Shown in pieces: positions 37,201 through 39,742 of a DNA stretch of 39,742 bases (positions are counted from its first letter, which is position 1; every line of letters starts with the position of its first letter). Below the pieces are notes generated by a model. It was not told the origin of the DNA, ran no database searches, and saw only the letters and a program-made list of their open reading frames with translations. This DNA is from a virus (taxonomy: Duplodnaviria > Heunggongvirae > Uroviricota > Caudoviricetes), in IMG/VR virus record IMGVR_UViG_3300012943_000001, positions 1 through 39,742 of that record; one strand, 5' to 3'. The translations under genes and the position numbers were made by a program.

Positions 37201-39742
37201 TTGAGGGTAGCATCGAATCATATGACAAGAAAATTGCTGCTACGGTTCCTGCGGCCACAACCTCAGTTCCTACTGCATCTAACGCTCCCGCTACTGTAAT
37301 AGCAAAGCCTTCTGCACCCGCACTGATTGGTACGACGCAGAGTGCTGGATTGGCCGCTGAGTTCGTAAAGGTTTCTGAATCCGCAAAGCAAGTCACAGAG
37401 TCTCTAAACCAGACGACGACTTCTTTGGATGGATTTACAAGCAACGTTGCCGAGCTTAATAGATTTGGTAACAACTCTCAGGTCGTAGCGAATCTTAAGA
37501 CGGCGGATAAAGCGGTCGAACTTGGAGGCGGCAAGAATAGAAATCTTGATAGAGCACAATCTCAGGCTCAGGCGGACCTTCTTAGAGTCGCACAGTCTCA
37601 ACAGTTCAACCTTGGACAAATCAATCCTGCGTTGCAGGGCGATGTAAACGCTGTTCGTGACGACAAGAGCGTACAAGCTAAATTGGGCGAACTTAACGCT
37701 GATGCATCATTCCAAGGCTTGATTGACGACGCGAACGATGCGTTCGTAAGCGGATTCGCATCTGACGCAGAGATGAAGAAGGTTGGTATCAGAATCTCTC
37801 AAGGCTTGAACGAATATGTAGACTCTCAAGTTAAGCTTGGTGTTGACCAAAAAGACGCAGAGGCAGACGCAAAGAGACTTCGTGACAAGTATCAAGAGCA
37901 GCTTAACAAGCTTAAGATTAACATTCCTAAGTCTGAACTTGGTCAGTTCGGTCAAGGCTTCTCTGCTCGTATCAGTGAATTGAAACAGGACTTCAATGAT
38001 GTTGGTCAGTTGGGTGCTCAAACCGCAGACTCTTTGGTAGACGGTTTCGGAGACGCATTCGTTGATATCATCTCTGGTGCTCAAGACGCTGAGACGGCTA
38101 CTCGTCAACTTCTTTCTTCTATCGCTGCGGACCTTGCAAAGTTCTACGCTAAGAAAGCTCTTACAACAGCAATCACCGCAGGCGTATCCGCAGCCGGATA
38201 CAATCAGGGTGGCGTAGTCAAGAGAGCCGCAGGCGGAGCAATCGGAAAAGTTCCCGCAGTCGTTATGGGCGGCGAATATAAGTTCGGACCTGATGTCGTT
38301 AAGGCATACGGCAAAGACTTCTTCAAAGACCTCAACGCAGGTAAGATTGAGGCTCCAAAATACGCAACTGGTGGCGTTATGAACGCTAACGGTAGTGGTA
38401 TGATTTCTGGTGGCTCTGGAAACAAAGACGACATCTTCTCTCAATTTGATGAAGGTTCCTTCATTCTTAGAAAGAGTGCTGTCAAGAAGTATGGTAAAAA
38501 CTACCTAGACCAAATTGCCGCAGGCGGTGCTTCTGGTTATAACAAGGGTGGCAAAGTTCAGAAGGCGTTCTGGGGTGCTCTTATCGGTCAAATCATCGGT
38601 GGTGCCGTACAAGGAGCCGCAGTTGGTGCGGTCACCGCAGAAGTCTCTGGTGGAGATTGGAAGAAGGGTGCAATGTATGGAGCTATCGGTGGTGGTATTG
38701 CCGGTGGTATTGGTGGCGTAGGCTATGCAAACTCTAATCCAAATGCTGGTTTTGGTGGCGGATTCAAAAACTCCTTCAGTTGGACTGGCATGGGACAAGG
38801 CACGGACGGAGCTGGTGGTAACGGTGGAAGTCTTACAACAAGCTCCAACACGGCTACGGGCTCAGGTTCTACGGGAGCGACGGGCACAATCTTCGATAAT
38901 CCGAATCTCGTAGCCGACTCAAAAATCAACACGGACCTATCTCTTTCTGGTGCGAACAGAGGTTACGCTTCTGGCGTCGGTAATAATTCTCTTAGCATCG
39001 GTCAGACAAAAGCTACGGGCGTAGCTGGTGCAAAGTCTCCTTGGTACAAACAAGCGGGTGCTCAACTCGCGGTCGCGGGTGCGGGCATGGCTGCTTCTAT
39101 GGCCCTTGCTCCAAAGACTCCAAAAGAACAAGTACGTAGTGCCGAGTCTTGGGGCTCCGTCACGACTTACAATACTGACGGAAGCGTTGCAATTAATACT
39201 GGTAATGGTATCAAAACAGTTCGTCCGGGCATCGACTTTAACTCTACTGCCGAACTAGAAGACATCGTTCGCCGTAGTGGTGGACAAGCTAGAACATATG
39301 CGACGGGTGGAAGCATCACAAGCGGTTCTGGCCGTACGATGATGCGTCCAATGAATACGATGGCTCGTCCGCAAGTCATGTCTGGTTCTGGTAACAAAGA
39401 CGACGTATACGCTAAACTTAAGAAGGGTGAGTTCGTTCTTAACGATAGAGCGAACAGCATGTACAATAGGAATGGTCTTGTCGATAGAATGAATCGTCAA
39501 GAACTTGACCCTGAAGAGTTGGATAGAAGCATGGGTATTATGAAGTTCAATGATGGTGGCCCAACTTCACCCGAATCTTCTAGCGGCGGTGGCAACTTCA
39601 GTCTAGGCCAAAAGAGCCAGTCTCCAGCGGCTCCTACCCAAGCGGCAAGTGGCGGCATCAACATCGAAATCAATGTAACGATTGGTGCGGGCGGTGAGGC
39701 TTCAATGACAACAAAATCTGAGGGTGACGAAAAGAAAGGCGG
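31236..39742 (+). CDS. tail tape measure protein (3'-truncated, >2835 aa) with embedded kinase-like domain
   Basis: ATG GCA GAC GAT TTT at 31236; TP901-type core (VEKALADINTVL..ELSRQGL..TLTAAMNGF..IGNAFKTIFTR); no stop in the parts translated; none of the + ORFs in the track here use this frame. Confidence 0.9.
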   Translation, partial: MADDFPIILQARADTKQFERDIAAATERAGKNIKPLPLGKITGQFTEFNKSLDAATARVITFSATTGIINGVVNAFKALVKETVAVEKALADINTVLNTNQKGLEAFRGELFNIARNTAQSFKTVAEAAVELSRQGLSVTETLKRTNDAMVLSRISGLDAAQAVDTLTAAMNGFQKAALDTTTVVNSLARVDSNFAVSTKDLADALTRVGSTADDAGVSFNELLGAVTAVQQTTSRGGAVIGNAFKTIFTRLNRADTVTQLRELGVAIDESQNGIQKLQAISSAIKNVDSATANTIKELAGGVFQINVVSAALGDLSKEYSIYANAVKIAGQSTNDAIKRNEDLNKTLAALSSQSLTNIQDLLSKIGNISLGNNLKNLFASFNGITKALSESLDGESIGADLGKGVLAGLGNFLTGPAVIVVFGGLLKLATQVGKDIAASFRQTVGITTEADKQKQLQTQISSILQQNDALYGKYLNTSKGVALVQSEILGILKAQAAASQNIILASNTIAKGVSPQFTRAKTGNLVAKNAASGLIPAFAAESSAIKRGVGGASGNEKLAYIPSFNYGGGKKGPVVANTGEVVVENFLGGDASAILTKDMIEALGGEDKLGLLGDVKEFAAGFIPGFVKKTFMKGAEFIGDGAYGNVFKNESLAGVKGLPDLVFKEFKPGNDAGGTRDPIAAEYNEFKLAEKMGLPVAKVFGSLSRSKKRGGIFKERVDGPHGDDFLDILNSGERREFSFSLRKMFNDKGLDAGDLHGGNYKVQDDIGELKKVYQSEGYEATKARALSKVKFFDGFFKSSSPEASKAIKEIVASNRAEGYVPDLASAMSREVVALIKMGYPKDKAIKAVEVGKEPVLKNSKNPEGLGVYNTIQGQTSLADAFSDHKGENWKVSGKARGHVPNLALEGDDALRLQAASIKFGGIEKAIQSIDLSNIDFTTAESTINKKLKKAVEKGLDIDFSSMSRTVAKNFKDNLFKEIKEVRGPEIEEQQTVLRQQQAKAQQAREATEFRKRLVQTNTRTVSPEEFAKNQRANSIPFDDTDFDKEVQQVVAAQQKAKKSAVTNLRKLRQKNYEDAFAQATEEINKRSAFSPQTSARILKKIDTSKLTVEQRESLGLDVRQVSRAQRRQAFGGTAGIGLSIGASLASPLLFQGAQGIRNGAGNRALTGGERAGAAALETAGGAANALSFAAPFASALGPVGLAATAAAGAIFSLADALDDSDEEAARLTRTFEDMQAKNTAFVNSFSTYIQTQEKLGSLINSGGRDGDIQAVSKELTKVFATIDDEGARRDILSSNGDISKLSEAFAKAQTRVFANQSVAAAVTTAAQSKDDRTTLGVRTGNASASAVTGISRSLISALDTKKLGEFSQKLEAAKDNLTETSFVEAFEGTGVAKDQIKSIFDSLGDGVSRLSLLNSLIKESSITQELQQSIQKASDAKRAITDLNKVLGTITAIQSLDRRAGLGREANSFAVQQNAGQNQAASRFFNVGEIGQAQVSTAFQTKQVQFDAAQERERETLDLKDALSSFASENRDSLSVAANKDIADALNKFVETGQGNLGELANRALQTGVGTGENAKSFSELAQLIAASNARLSSIDDNAQTQIQILRQNLDAVKERVTLENRLNTLGGASGQIDFGSNGFDRIRNRDVNAELSTRSGVTGQFGRSEQAQGIIEFQNAFSKLEGFDARDVIPNAEQLVRDSIRESLIQGFTRIGVELDSNKLKEINSIADVSASKQFEKRELTADAIGEAVNSKFAYDRLVAGNEQGMASALTSTNVAANTSAAPKILEVLKERFGLQKEREGERLALTGLNTEKTSAETKISQLTSDSRKVVATQAKIVNKGENTYGPVFDEGVKKAVVQQMGLIENSNIPGARYRRDTESFEFARLGEGKSLEEFRKTLDDILNSTNFDRGKRFVAAGLNASGFVESASDGKNRVSEAGFAKLIERLESSGVVSVDKTGQEKIDANNAEIQRLRDSISALTPQISKLEGSIESYDKKIAATVPAATTSVPTASNAPATVIAKPSAPALIGTTQSAGLAAEFVKVSESAKQVTESLNQTTTSLDGFTSNVAELNRFGNNSQVVANLKTADKAVELGGGKNRNLDRAQSQAQADLLRVAQSQQFNLGQINPALQGDVNAVRDDKSVQAKLGELNADASFQGLIDDANDAFVSGFASDAEMKKVGIRISQGLNEYVDSQVKLGVDQKDAEADAKRLRDKYQEQLNKLKINIPKSELGQFGQGFSARISELKQDFNDVGQLGAQTADSLVDGFGDAFVDIISGAQDAETATRQLLSSIAADLAKFYAKKALTTAITAGVSAAGYNQGGVVKRAAGGAIGKVPAVVMGGEYKFGPDVVKAYGKDFFKDLNAGKIEAPKYATGGVMNANGSGMISGGSGNKDDIFSQFDEGSFILRKSAVKKYGKNYLDQIAAGGASGYNKGGKVQKAFWGALIGQIIGGAVQGAAVGAVTAEVSGGDWKKGAMYGAIGGGIAGGIGGVGYANSNPNAGFGGGFKNSFSWTGMGQGTDGAGGNGGSLTTSSNTATGSGSTGATGTIFDNPNLVADSKINTDLSLSGANRGYASGVGNNSLSIGQTKATGVAGAKSPWYKQAGAQLAVAGAGMAASMALAPKTPKEQVRSAESWGSVTTYNTDGSVAINTGNGIKTVRPGIDFNSTAELEDIVRRSGGQARTYATGGSITSGSGRTMMRPMNTMARPQVMSGSGNKDDVYAKLKKGEFVLNDRANSMYNRNGLVDRMNRQELDPEELDRSMGIMKFNDGGPTSPESSSGGGNFSLGQKSQSPAAPTQAASGGINIEINVTIGAGGEASMTTKSEGDEKKG
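33120..33680 (+). other. protein-kinase-like domain inside the tape measure protein
   Basis: IGDGAYGNVF (33150), VFK (K at 33228), AAEY, GLPVAKV, FKERVDG, GDLHGGN (33495), KFFDG (D at 33615). Confidence 0.75.

Noticed and set aside
31218-39500. About 30 short ORFs in the track over the last 8.5 kb
   Set aside because: All overlap the continuous tape measure frame starting at 31236
1-39742. Alternative genetic code, tRNA genes, integrase or transposase
   Set aside because: Genes read fully under the standard code with dense packing; no cloverleaf or recombinase motifs seen

Overview
This window is part of a large tailed dsDNA phage genome (Caudoviricetes). No tail sheath gene is present, so the morphology looks siphovirus-like, and almost all genes are on the + strand. 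1-3401: early-type small genes (DUF932 protein, GP88-like Cys-rich protein, hypotheticals), most with their own TTGACG/TTGC-type promoter and terminator, plus a candidate structured ncRNA. 3402-4349: ~950 bp non-coding region rich in repeats. 4805-6300: putative lysis membrane proteins. 6371-11967: Zn-ribbon protein, phage sigma factor, possible TerS, a stand-alone tape-measure-like mini-protein, an ERCC4/XPF-type nuclease and TerL. 12006-31186: portal, an inserted 5-gene block (tail-tube/LamG fusion plus a duplicated A-B-A'-B' module), prohead protease-scaffold, capsid, neck and tail-tube genes, and chaperones. From 31236 to the window end runs a tape measure ORF of more than 2835 codons that is missing from the ORF track. 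The most striking feature is a protein-kinase-like domain with most canonical motifs embedded in this tape measure protein, bounded by repeated A-x-G-[FYLH]-[IV]-P motifs. This suggests a modular effector-delivery system injected with the virion. A recurrent (A)GTGTAA late-promoter motif and strong GATC/CCWGG avoidance are also visible. All family assignments come from motif reading and gene order only; no database searches were run.
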